Below are positions 37,315-45,697 of a DNA stretch of 64,000 bases, piece by piece; positions within the stretch are counted from its first letter, which is position 1, and the number at the start of each line of letters is the position of its first letter. The stretch is from an uncultured Anaerolineae bacterium (GTDB lineage Bacteria > Chloroflexota > Anaerolineae > Aggregatilineales > UBA3940), in the NCBI GenBank assembly GCA_964390105.1, contig CAYMGV010000001.1, positions 334,000-397,999 on the forward strand, given 5' to 3'. The position numbers and the translations under genes are program-made. Below the pieces are notes generated by a model. That model saw only the letters and a program-made list of their open reading frames with translations. It was not told where the DNA came from and did no database searches.

Positions 37315-38654
37315 GATACGATCTCCTTCAGCGCGGCAACCAGTGCATCAATATCAGCACGGGCGTTCATCTCTGTCACTGCAAACATTACCTGTTTTTC
37401 ACGTTCCGGGTAATGGCGTGCGAGATCAAACCCGCCGATGATGCCATATTCGTCGAACAGTCGAGTGTTGAGATCGGCGGCTGGCATCGGGGCAGTGACA
37501 ACAAACTCCTTGATAAATGAAGCCGTGAGATCGACCGTGTAACCGTCCAATGCGTTGATCTGTTCCGCTGCATAATGCGATTTGTGATAGCACAACTCGG
37601 CGGCTTTTCGCAGGCCGTTTTTGCCCATCGCACTCAGGTAGACGGCAGAGGCCAGCGCCATCAGGCCCTGGTTGGTACAGATGTTGCTGGTGGCACGCTC
37701 ACGGCGGATATGCTGCTCACGCGTGGCAAGGGTTAAGACATAACCGGATTTGCCATCGGGGTCTTCTGTCTCACCAACGAGACGCCCGGACATCTTACGG
37801 ACGTACTGTTCTCGCGTGGCGAAGATGCCAAGATACGGCCCACCATAGCTGAGCGAAAGGCCAAGCGCCTGCCCTTCAGCCACCACAATATCAGCGCCAA
37901 GCTGGCCGGGCGGTTTCAACATGCCCAGAGCCACGGGATCGACAACAAACACGACCAGCGCCCCGGCAGCATGGGCAGCATCGACAACCGCGCTGTAGTC
38001 ATGCACCTGGCCGAAGAAATCAGGGTACTGAACAGCCACCAGCGAGGTGTCTGTATCAATGGCTGCGAGAAAATCCTCACGCTGGTCGACACTTGAATAG
38101 CGGGCTTCACAGCGGACATCGAGGCCCTGCGTGTAAGTCCTGACCACTGCACGGTATTCCGGATGAACGCCGCTACAAAAGACGACCTTCCCTCGTTTTG
38201 CACGAGCGTTGCTGTGGGCCATCAATACGGCCTCGGCCAGGGAGGTTGCGCCATCATAGTGGCTGGCATTAGAGACCTCCATGCCGGTCAGCGCACAGAT
38301 CATGCTTTGGTACTCAAAGATAGCTTGCAGCGTGCCCTGGCTCACTTCAGGCTGGTACGGCGTATAAGCAGTGAGGAATTCACCACGCTGGATCAGGTAA
38401 TCGACCACAGGCGGACTGTAATGATGATAGGCACCGGCCCCAAGGAAACTGGGCGTCTTCGATGCCGGGACCGACTGGCTGCTCAGTGTTTCCAGGGCGC
38501 GCGCGACCTCCAACTGGGATTTGCCACTGGGCAAGTCCAGCCTGGGGAACCGCATCTGCCCCGGAACGTCATGAAACAAAGCCTCAATATCCGTCACGCC
38601 GATAGCAGCCAGCATGGACTGCACATCGGGTTCGGTGTGCGGCGTATATGTCAT
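37311..38654 (-). CDS. gcvPA: glycine dehydrogenase (aminomethyl-transferring) subunit 1
   Basis: FLGAGAYHHYSP, YTPYQPEVSQGTLQ and FEYQSMI motifs. ATGA overlap with gcvPB. Confidence 0.92.
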   Translation of the reverse strand: MTYTPHTEPDVQSMLAAIGVTDIEALFHDVPGQMRFPRLDLPSGKSQLEVARALETLSSQSVPASKTPSFLGAGAYHHYSPPVVDYLIQRGEFLTAYTPYQPEVSQGTLQAIFEYQSMICALTGMEVSNASHYDGATSLAEAVLMAHSNARAKRGKVVFCSGVHPEYRAVVRTYTQGLDVRCEARYSSVDQREDFLAAIDTDTSLVAVQYPDFFGQVHDYSAVVDAAHAAGALVVFVVDPVALGMLKPPGQLGADIVVAEGQALGLSLSYGGPYLGIFATREQYVRKMSGRLVGETEDPDGKSGYVLTLATREQHIRRERATSNICTNQGLMALASAVYLSAMGKNGLRKAAELCYHKSHYAAEQINALDGYTVDLTASFIKEFVVTAPMPAADLNTRLFDEYGIIGGFDLARHYPEREKQVMFAVTEMNARADIDALVAALKEIVS

Positions 38655-38699
38655 TGTACTCTCCAGGTGACAAGGCTGTGCGTTGTAAGCAGGATGCGG

Positions 38700-39098
38700 C
38701 TAACCGCGTTCCTCACTGTAGGCTGTGTATGCGTCCTCATCCATAAGTTCTGCAAGATTTGCGTCATCAGTAATCTTGATCTTCACGATCCAACCCCGCT
38801 CATACGGGTCTTCATTGATCAGCTCAGGCGTATCCTCAAGCACCGCATTCACCTCAAGGATTTCGCCATCGGCTGGCATGTTGATGGGGGCCGATGCCTT
38901 GACTGATTCAACCGCACCGAACTCCTCACCAGCCAGGAAGGTGGTGCCAACTTCAGGAAGCTCCACGTAGACCAGGTCTGAGAGGGAGTCCTGCGCATAG
39001 TCCGAAATGCCAACCAGTGCCTCACCATCAGCCAGCAGCTTGACCCACTCATCGGTACGCGCATATTTCAAACCCGGAACAATCTTCCAATCACCCAT
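38700..39098 (-). CDS. gcvH: glycine cleavage system protein H
   Basis: YARTDEWV, the lipoyl-lysine region GAVESVKASAPINMP, and the ending DPYERGW. AAGGAG lies upstream of ATG 39098. Confidence 0.92.
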   Translation of the reverse strand: MGDWKIVPGLKYARTDEWVKLLADGEALVGISDYAQDSLSDLVYVELPEVGTTFLAGEEFGAVESVKASAPINMPADGEILEVNAVLEDTPELINEDPYERGWIVKIKITDDANLAELMDEDAYTAYSEERG

Positions 39099-39124
39099 TG
39101 ATATCTCCTTTTGAACTTAATCCT

Positions 39125-39166
39125 GAAAGAAAAAGGCACAGCAAGCCTTACAGCATTGCTGCGCCT
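39125..39166 (-). terminator. expression-platform terminator of the glycine riboswitch
   Basis: Minus strand: GGCGCAGCAA, 11-nt loop, TTGCTGTGCC, followed by TTTTTCTTTC. It sits between aptamer 2 and the gcvH RBS. Confidence 0.7.
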
Positions 39167-39340
39167 TCTGTCATGAAAACCTGAGAGATTCACCCGGTTG
39201 GGTTTGCCCCGTCGGTGCCCGTAGGGACTTTCCAGAAAAGCGGCGGAGAAGGGTCCTGATACCTGAGAGTTTCGGTGTGATGCTGCCACACGATCACACC
39301 TTGCCCCTTCGGCGCTCACTATATGAGGCTCTCCCCTTCA
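39167..39340 (-). promoter_or_regulatory. tandem glycine riboswitch (two aptamers)
   Basis: Minus-strand aptamer 1: GGAGAGCC...GCGCCGAAGGGGCAA...ACACCGAAACTCTCAGGTATCAGGAC. Aptamer 2: CTGGAAAGTCC...GCACCGACGGGGCAA...CTCTCAGG...ACAGAAGG. These match the conserved GGAGAG / CCGAAGGGGCAA / CUCUCAGG..GGAC blocks. It sits directly upstream of gcvH. Confidence 0.88.
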
Positions 39341-39371
39341 ACGCCATTATTTGGTTTGTTAATACATCTCA

Positions 39372-39399
39372 ATTGTATCATCCATCCCCGGCATGTCAA
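39372..39399 (-). promoter_or_regulatory. promoter of the riboswitch-gcvH-PA-PB transcript
   Basis: Minus strand: TTGACA (39399-39394), 16 nt, TACAAT (39377-39372). It lies ~30 nt upstream of the first aptamer. Confidence 0.6.
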
Positions 39400-39404
39400 T
39401 TGTA

Positions 39405-40214
39405 TTACACGTTGACCAGGACGTAAGACGGCATGTCAACTGCGCTGCCGACCAACATCGTATTGAACGAATGCATACCAAACTCCATACGCTGGCGGAT
39501 TGACCGCTCGCCAAAGCCACTGATTACGTATCGCACCTTCTCTTTGGGTGCTATGATACGGCCCAGGTTGATGTTTGATTCAAAGGCACTGCGGAAGCGA
39601 GCCTGTATATCGTTGGCATCGATGTATTTCGCCAAGCCAAATACAGGGAAGAACGTGACGACTACGACATCAGTCACGTCGCCACGATGAACAAGCGTAT
39701 GCAATCTATCCGCAAAAGCTGCTGCCAGCATTGCCGAAAACTGACGATCGGTGTAATGCCATTGGATAAACCGAGCGTCCTCAGAGACAAGGCCTTTCAA
39801 CTCCTCGTACTGCTCAGCAGAGTACCCAAGTTCCGCATCGCGTCCACTGTAATCATACCAGGCCAGCGTGCCACAGAAACCAATTTCATCAAGAATGATG
39901 TTCCCCCCTTCTAACCAGTGGAACCCATGCTGATCTGCCGCGGCTGGCAGGTGGCTTGCCCAGAGTTCATCGCTCTGAATACGATCAACTGGACACCACA
40001 GGTCCTGGTTCCCGGCGATGAGCAACCGCTGACAATCCGCCCCATCGAACAGGGTCAGCGCATCCGCGAAGTGTGTGGCACCTACCCCAAGATTGCCCGC
40101 GAGAATCAGTACATCTGGACGCTCCTTCATCATACGCTCTGCCATCCGGGAGAGCATGTCGTGACGCCCAGGGGTATAAAGCAGGTTGGCTGTAATCGCA
40201 ATTCTCATGATCAT
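39405..40214 (-). CDS. metallophosphoesterase family protein
   Basis: DVLILAGNLG and LLIAGNQDLW calcineurin-like motifs. Its start overlaps the mgsA stop. Confidence 0.65.
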   Translation of the reverse strand: MIMRIAITANLLYTPGRHDMLSRMAERMMKERPDVLILAGNLGVGATHFADALTLFDGADCQRLLIAGNQDLWCPVDRIQSDELWASHLPAAADQHGFHWLEGGNIILDEIGFCGTLAWYDYSGRDAELGYSAEQYEELKGLVSEDARFIQWHYTDRQFSAMLAAAFADRLHTLVHRGDVTDVVVVTFFPVFGLAKYIDANDIQARFRSAFESNINLGRIIAPKEKVRYVISGFGERSIRQRMEFGMHSFNTMLVGSAVDMPSYVLVNV

Positions 40215-40582
40215 AAATCCCCGCTGATAATCAATTCAGCCGTCGCCGGGTTAGTTGCCAGTGGTACGTTGTGGACATTGCAAAGCCGTAACAATGTCTG
40301 GATATCAGGATCGTGGGAGTGCTTCTCCAACTGGTCCACAAAGAAGATGACAGCGGCGACCTGATGCTCGACCACGCGCGCGGCAATCTGCACGTCACCA
40401 CCATACGGACCAGAGAGCATCCGCGTTACCTGTATCCCGACCTTCTCGATGAGCAGCCCTCCCGTAGTCCCGGTCGCAACCAGATCAAATCGGGTCAGCA
40501 CATCCTTGTGTGCTTCCGCAAAGGCTATCATGTCATCCTTCTTGCCATCATGGGCGATCAGTGCAATTGTTTGTCTGGCCAT
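40211..40582 (-). CDS. mgsA: methylglyoxal synthase
   Basis: IALIAHDGKKDDM, ATGTTGGLL, SGPYGGDVQI and HDPDIQTLLRL are present. ATG 40582 has GGAGA 9 nt upstream. The ORF-track start at 40663 is an extension. Confidence 0.88.
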   Translation of the reverse strand: MARQTIALIAHDGKKDDMIAFAEAHKDVLTRFDLVATGTTGGLLIEKVGIQVTRMLSGPYGGDVQIAARVVEHQVAAVIFFVDQLEKHSHDPDIQTLLRLCNVHNVPLATNPATAELIISGDL

Positions 40583-40769
40583 AAAATCCATTCTCCATGG
40601 CAGGGCAGGGAACCTGATTGATAGGCATGACGCATGTGGGTATAGTATTAGTATGTGGCACAACCTCCTGAACAGGCAACCGTCGTTTGTGGATTCAGGT
40701 TACAATAGACATAATTATCGTTAAGATTTATTCATATTACCCTTTAGTATCGTACTTCAGGATTGAGTC

Positions 40770-41390
40770 ATGCCAAAAGATGACAAGAAGACCCAGCGGC
40801 TATTCGAGATGGCTACCACCCTGCCCTTTGCAGAAGTTAGGGACGAACGCGGAGAAGACAGCGTTCCCGAATTGGTACGGGTAGCGGAACTGCGTGATAT
40901 GGGCAACCTGCAGGAAGCCATTGACTACGGTAAAGCTCTTATCAAGATGTACCCCGACTACGATCTGATCCCGTTCATGATCGCGTATATCTACTACCAG
41001 AAGGAATACCCCAAGGAAGCCATGCAGGTCGCACTTGACGCAATCCCGCGTTGTCCTCGGAAGTATCGTCTGTATTCCGTCGCAGGGCTGGCTGAGTTCG
41101 ACCGTAACAATTTACCCGAGGCCATTGTGTGGTGGTCACGCAGTGTGCTGGCACAGAGTTCTATCCAGGACTTCCAGGAATATGACCCCTTCATGCACCT
41201 GGGGCACGCCGCCACCGTCGTTGGTAAGAAACACGAATCCGAGTTGATGTTCACCATGACGGATGCCATCGCACCCGAAAAGCCACGCCTCAGCCCGGAT
41301 TTTGTAGACAAGCTGCTGCCCCTGCGCAGCCACTGGGCCAACGACACACTTAAGAAAGTGCTGTCAGAACTTGCCAACCATCTGCAGTAG
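40770..41390 (+). CDS. hypothetical helical-repeat (TPR-like) protein
   Basis: 206-aa all-helical-looking ORF with TPR-like spacing (LQEAIDYGKALIKMYPDY...). No family recognised. Confidence 0.45.
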   Translation: MPKDDKKTQRLFEMATTLPFAEVRDERGEDSVPELVRVAELRDMGNLQEAIDYGKALIKMYPDYDLIPFMIAYIYYQKEYPKEAMQVALDAIPRCPRKYRLYSVAGLAEFDRNNLPEAIVWWSRSVLAQSSIQDFQEYDPFMHLGHAATVVGKKHESELMFTMTDAIAPEKPRLSPDFVDKLLPLRSHWANDTLKKVLSELANHLQ

Positions 41391-41451
41391 ATTAAAACAA
41401 CAGATGTCCTCTTTTCTATCCTGCCTCAGATGATGGTATAATCGCGCAGCG

Positions 41452-42570
41452 ATGGAAACGAAACCCCATTTTACGTTTGATCTCATCGCCCGTGACGGTC
41501 ATGCCCGACGCGGGCGGTTTTATACCCCGCACGGCGTCATCGAAACGCCGGTGTTTGCACCCGTGGGCACACAGGCCGCGGTTAAGGCGGTTACCCCGCG
41601 TGATCTGGATGCGTTGGGGGCCTCGCTGGTCCTCGCCAACACCTATCACCTGTACCTACGCCCCGGTGATGAATTGGTGAGAGACATGGGAGGGCTGCAT
41701 GAGTTCATGAACTGGCATGGGCCAATGCTGACCGACAGCGGCGGCTTTCAGGTGTGGAGCCTCGGCTCGATTAACACCGTCGATGATGATGGCGTCACAT
41801 TCAGATCCCATCTTGATGGCTCCAAACATCGATTTACGCCTGAGCGTTCGGTAGAAATTCAGCAGAACCTCGGCGCTGATATCATCATGTGCTTTGATGA
41901 GTTGGCTGACCCTGACAACTACCCGTACATGAAGCAGGCACTGGGGCGCACGCATCAATGGGCGCAGCGCTGTTATGAGGCGTGGACTAACCGCGACCAA
42001 CAAGCGCTGTTTGGAATTGTGCAGGGTGGTATTTACGATGATCTGCGCATGGAATCGGTAGCAGCACTAACTGCGATTGACTTCCCCGGTTACGCCATCG
42101 GAGGGCTGTCTGTGGGGGAGAGTAAGCCCGATATGTATCGCATACTCGACACGGTGTGCCCGGCGCTGCCGGAAGATAAACCACGCTATTTGATGGGTGT
42201 CGGCACAATACCGGACCTCGTCAACGGGGTGGCGCGAGGGGTCGATTTTTTCGATTGTGTTCTGCCCACCCGCGAGGCCCGGCATGGGGCCGCGCTTACC
42301 CGTACAGGCAGGTTGAACATCGCCAACAGCCAATACCGGTATGACCCGCGCCCTATTGAGGAAGACTGTGACTGCTACTGCTGCCAGAACTTCAGCCGCG
42401 CCTATATCCGACATACCTTCAAGGCCAAAGAGATCATCGCACTGACCCTGCTCTCGATCCACAATCTAAGATCGCTGGTCCGGTTGGCGGAGGAAATGCG
42501 GCAGGCCCTTGACAATGATACCTTCAACGACTATTCGCACCGTGTTCTTGCAGCTTTTGCGGCGGAGTAA
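41452..42570 (+). CDS. tgt: queuine tRNA-ribosyltransferase
   Basis: TPVFAPVGT, LANTYHL, the DSGGFQV catalytic Asp region, GGLSVGE and the zinc site CDCYCC...H. Confidence 0.92.
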   Translation: METKPHFTFDLIARDGHARRGRFYTPHGVIETPVFAPVGTQAAVKAVTPRDLDALGASLVLANTYHLYLRPGDELVRDMGGLHEFMNWHGPMLTDSGGFQVWSLGSINTVDDDGVTFRSHLDGSKHRFTPERSVEIQQNLGADIIMCFDELADPDNYPYMKQALGRTHQWAQRCYEAWTNRDQQALFGIVQGGIYDDLRMESVAALTAIDFPGYAIGGLSVGESKPDMYRILDTVCPALPEDKPRYLMGVGTIPDLVNGVARGVDFFDCVLPTREARHGAALTRTGRLNIANSQYRYDPRPIEEDCDCYCCQNFSRAYIRHTFKAKEIIALTLLSIHNLRSLVRLAEEMRQALDNDTFNDYSHRVLAAFAAE

Positions 42571-42579
42571 TAAAGCATT

Positions 42580-43389
42580 ATGACGATTATCAGGGCGATT
42601 GTACTTGGCATCCTACAGGGTGCCACTGAATTCATCCCGGTTTCAAGTTCCGGGCACCTGGTGCTGGTGCCATGGCTGCTCGGCTGGGGACCACCCGGCC
42701 TGACTTTCTCGGTAACCGTACACCTGGGTACTGCCGTTGGTGTACTGATCTACTTTTGGAAAGACTGGTTAAACATGATGGTCAGCACCATCGAAACGGT
42801 TCGAACCCGCACGATCACACCCTCGTTTCGACTGCTGATGCTGCTGGTGTTTGCCAGCATCCCGGCAGGTGTGATCGGGCTGGTTTTTCATGATGCTTTC
42901 GCGGCGGCCTTCGAGGAGCCGCTGCTGGCGGCAGTGATGCTGTTTGTGACAGCGGGGCTGCTGGCCGCTGGCGAGGTGATCGGCAGACATGAACGCACCA
43001 TCGAAAACATCGACTGGGTGGATGCCCTGCTAATTGGTATAGCGCAGGCAATCGCCATTATCCCCGGTATCAGTCGTTCCGGGGCCACCATCACGGGGGC
43101 ACGGCTGCGCCACATGGAGCGTGAGGATGCCGCGCGATTCAGCTTTTTACTCGCGACACCGATTATCATTGCCGCAGGCGCGCTGGAAATCCTCAGTGCG
43201 CTGGAGGCTGGCCTCAACCTGTCACAGGGCTTGATCCTGCTGGCCGGGTTTGCCTCGGCGCTGATCAGTGCCTATATCGTGATCAGGTGGCTGCTCACCT
43301 ATCTCAAGACCCATTCAACACACATCTTCTCGATCTACTGTGTGGTGATGGGCATCATCAGTCTGTTCGTGTTCTTCATCCGGGGCTAA
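42580..43389 (+). CDS. uppP: undecaprenyl-diphosphate phosphatase
   Basis: GILQGATEFIPVSSSGHL and PGISRSGATITG are BacA/UppP signatures. 8 TM segments. Confidence 0.92.
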   Translation: MTIIRAIVLGILQGATEFIPVSSSGHLVLVPWLLGWGPPGLTFSVTVHLGTAVGVLIYFWKDWLNMMVSTIETVRTRTITPSFRLLMLLVFASIPAGVIGLVFHDAFAAAFEEPLLAAVMLFVTAGLLAAGEVIGRHERTIENIDWVDALLIGIAQAIAIIPGISRSGATITGARLRHMEREDAARFSFLLATPIIIAAGALEILSALEAGLNLSQGLILLAGFASALISAYIVIRWLLTYLKTHSTHIFSIYCVVMGIISLFVFFIRG

Positions 43390-43390
43390 T

Positions 43391-44137
43391 GTGAGACACC
43401 TCGCGGCGGCCCTGCTGGGCTGTTTCCTGCTTTGCGTTGGCTGTGCCCCCTCCCCTGGCAGGCCAGCCTCATCTGACAGCTTGCTGCGCATTGGGACAGA
43501 ACCCGCACTGCATTCGGCTGTCGACCGTGCCATGACGCTGTACGAAGTGTCACATTCAGATATATCGATAAGGGTGGATACGCGCGGCGGGTTGGTCGAG
43601 GCACTTGAATCAGGCCAGCTTGATGCCATCTTCATCATTGACAGAGTCACCGACAATGAGATAATCCAGGCACCCGTAGGCTATGTTGATATAGCCTTAG
43701 TAGTCACCGAGGAATCTCCGCTGAGCAATATCACAGCGGAAGACCTGTCGATAATGATGAAATACGGGGTAGTCACCATTGATGGGGATGTATTCAGCTT
43801 GTTAATTGGAAGTGAATCCACGTCAACATACCGGGCCGTGAGTAATGCGTGGCATGGAGGGCAGCACATCGGGAGCAGTGCGATAGTGTTCCCTGATGAA
43901 CCCACAATGGCAGGCTACCTTCTCACCAACGACACGGTCATCGCGCTGATGCCGGACACACTCAGAACCGATGTCATGCGGCAGTTGACCATAGAGGGCC
44001 AGCAAACCGTTCTTACCGCCAGCGTCATGATCCTGTTCAGGGCGGACTCAGGCCGCCCGGAGCAATTACTGCTGAACTGGCTGCTGAGTGATGAGGGGCA
44101 GTCCGCGCTGGGCGCGTTCATTACTCCCTTGAATTAA
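43391..44137 (+). CDS. lipoprotein with type-2 periplasmic-binding-protein-like fold
   Basis: Lipobox LLCVGC. LLRIGTEPAL...ALESGQLDAIFI resembles PstS/PBP-like substrate-binding domains. No transporter genes are adjacent. Confidence 0.4.
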   Translation: MRHLAAALLGCFLLCVGCAPSPGRPASSDSLLRIGTEPALHSAVDRAMTLYEVSHSDISIRVDTRGGLVEALESGQLDAIFIIDRVTDNEIIQAPVGYVDIALVVTEESPLSNITAEDLSIMMKYGVVTIDGDVFSLLIGSESTSTYRAVSNAWHGGQHIGSSAIVFPDEPTMAGYLLTNDTVIALMPDTLRTDVMRQLTIEGQQTVLTASVMILFRADSGRPEQLLLNWLLSDEGQSALGAFITPLN

Positions 44138-44765
44138 ACCGCTGAAGCCACGGGTTCTCGCGGCGCTCCTCACCTATGGTGGTTTTCTGTCCATGCCCGT
44201 TGTAAACAACCGTTTCATCCGGCAGGGTCAGAAGTTGCGTGCGGATGGAATCCATGAGGATATCCATATTGCCGCCCGGTAAATCGACCCGTCCAATACC
44301 CCGGTTGAACAGCACGTCGCCATCGAATACCACACCGGCATTTGGCTCGTAGAGTGAGATGTGCCCGGGTGCATGACCGGGCGTATCGAGAATCTGAAAG
44401 ATGAGTTCACCAACAGACAGGGTCTCACCGGGCACAAGAAAGAAATCCGGCTCCGGGCTGGGTGGGATCGGGATGTTCCATAAATCAGCCCCACCCCGTG
44501 CCCGCAGCATCGGCACGGCTTCCTCATGAAGCCCCAGCGGTGCCCCGGTCTTCTCGATCATCATGGCATTCCCGCCGATATGATCCCAATGACTGTGCGT
44601 ATCAACGATGAACCTAACTGTGCCTGCGTGGCCCTTGATAGCCTCCAGAATGGCCGGGTCATTCCAGCCGGGGTCAATGATGACGGTCTGACGGGTGATC
44701 TCACACGTCACGACATAACAGTTCGTCTCAATTGGACCGAGAGGAAGTTGTTCAATCAGGATCAT
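44121..44765 (-). CDS. MBL-fold metallo-hydrolase (glyoxalase II-like)
   Basis: The THSHWDHIGG metal motif, TPGHAPGH and a C-terminal NGHG are present. Size is typical of hydroxyacylglutathione-hydrolase-like enzymes. Confidence 0.8.
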   Translation of the reverse strand: MILIEQLPLGPIETNCYVVTCEITRQTVIIDPGWNDPAILEAIKGHAGTVRFIVDTHSHWDHIGGNAMMIEKTGAPLGLHEEAVPMLRARGGADLWNIPIPPSPEPDFFLVPGETLSVGELIFQILDTPGHAPGHISLYEPNAGVVFDGDVLFNRGIGRVDLPGGNMDILMDSIRTQLLTLPDETVVYNGHGQKTTIGEERRENPWLQRFNSRE

Positions 44766-44774
44766 GGCTGATTC

Positions 44775-45683
44775 TCACTGGATAGAAACGTGTTCAAGCA
44801 GGTCGCGTTCAACTCGCTCGCCACGTTCAACTGGCGGATAGGCTCGCATAAAGGTGTACTTCGGGCGTGACAATACGGCTCGGAACACTGCGATCAGATC
44901 GAACAGGGTTTTCCGTCTGTTTTCATCTTCCGGGGTCACTCCGATCTGGCTGGCATGACAGTCCCGGGCCTGTTCAGCAATCGCCTTGTATGATGAGGCA
45001 TCAACACGAGCATGTACCGGGAAGGTATGCTCGACGATCTCGCGCAGGTCAATATCCTTGTTCCGCCCAAATTCGGCTGGGTTCTGACCCAGCAGCGGCA
45101 TGATCGTCACGACCGGCTTGAGCCAGGCGCGGGGAAATGCCTGGTAATAGAGGCGCTGTGGCTGGTATGATGCCAGCCCTTCAGCAAGATGATCCGGGTA
45201 TTCTCCAGGATCGGAAGCTTCATGGAAGGCGCGGGTTGTGGCCTCATACATGCGGATGTGATCGGGATGACCATAGCCGCCAAACGGGTCAAACGTGACG
45301 ACCACCTGGGGCCTGACTTGCCGGATCACGCGCACGATCTGCTCAGTGACTTCACCAGGTGGTGCAGCTACCAATGCACGAGGATGCTCGTTGTCAGGCG
45401 TCCCCGGCATACCAGAATCACGATAGCCCAGCGTAAAAACCTCTTTGAACCCCAACGCCTCACTTGCGCAGGCCAATTCAGCCAAGCGCAGTTCTGCGAT
45501 GCTGTCATACTCATCCAGGTACTTCTCCTCGACCGTACCGACATCGCCGTTTGTCGAACAAATCAGGTATACCTCAGCTCCCTCGTTTACGTAGCGGGCA
45601 ATGGCACCACCCATACCAAATGACTCATCATCCGGGTGAGCGAGGCTGATTAAAATACGGGCACCATGATATGGCTTCTGCAT
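44775..45683 (-). CDS. PIG-L/LmbE-family deacetylase (MshB/Mca-like)
   Basis: AHPDDESFGMGG, GYRDSGMPGT and GYGHPDHI motifs. The ~300-aa length is like MshB/Mca rather than the short BshB. Confidence 0.78.
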   Translation of the reverse strand: MQKPYHGARILISLAHPDDESFGMGGAIARYVNEGAEVYLICSTNGDVGTVEEKYLDEYDSIAELRLAELACASEALGFKEVFTLGYRDSGMPGTPDNEHPRALVAAPPGEVTEQIVRVIRQVRPQVVVTFDPFGGYGHPDHIRMYEATTRAFHEASDPGEYPDHLAEGLASYQPQRLYYQAFPRAWLKPVVTIMPLLGQNPAEFGRNKDIDLREIVEHTFPVHARVDASSYKAIAEQARDCHASQIGVTPEDENRRKTLFDLIAVFRAVLSRPKYTFMRAYPPVERGERVERDLLEHVSIQ

Positions 45684-45697
45684 ACGTATCCCTTGTA

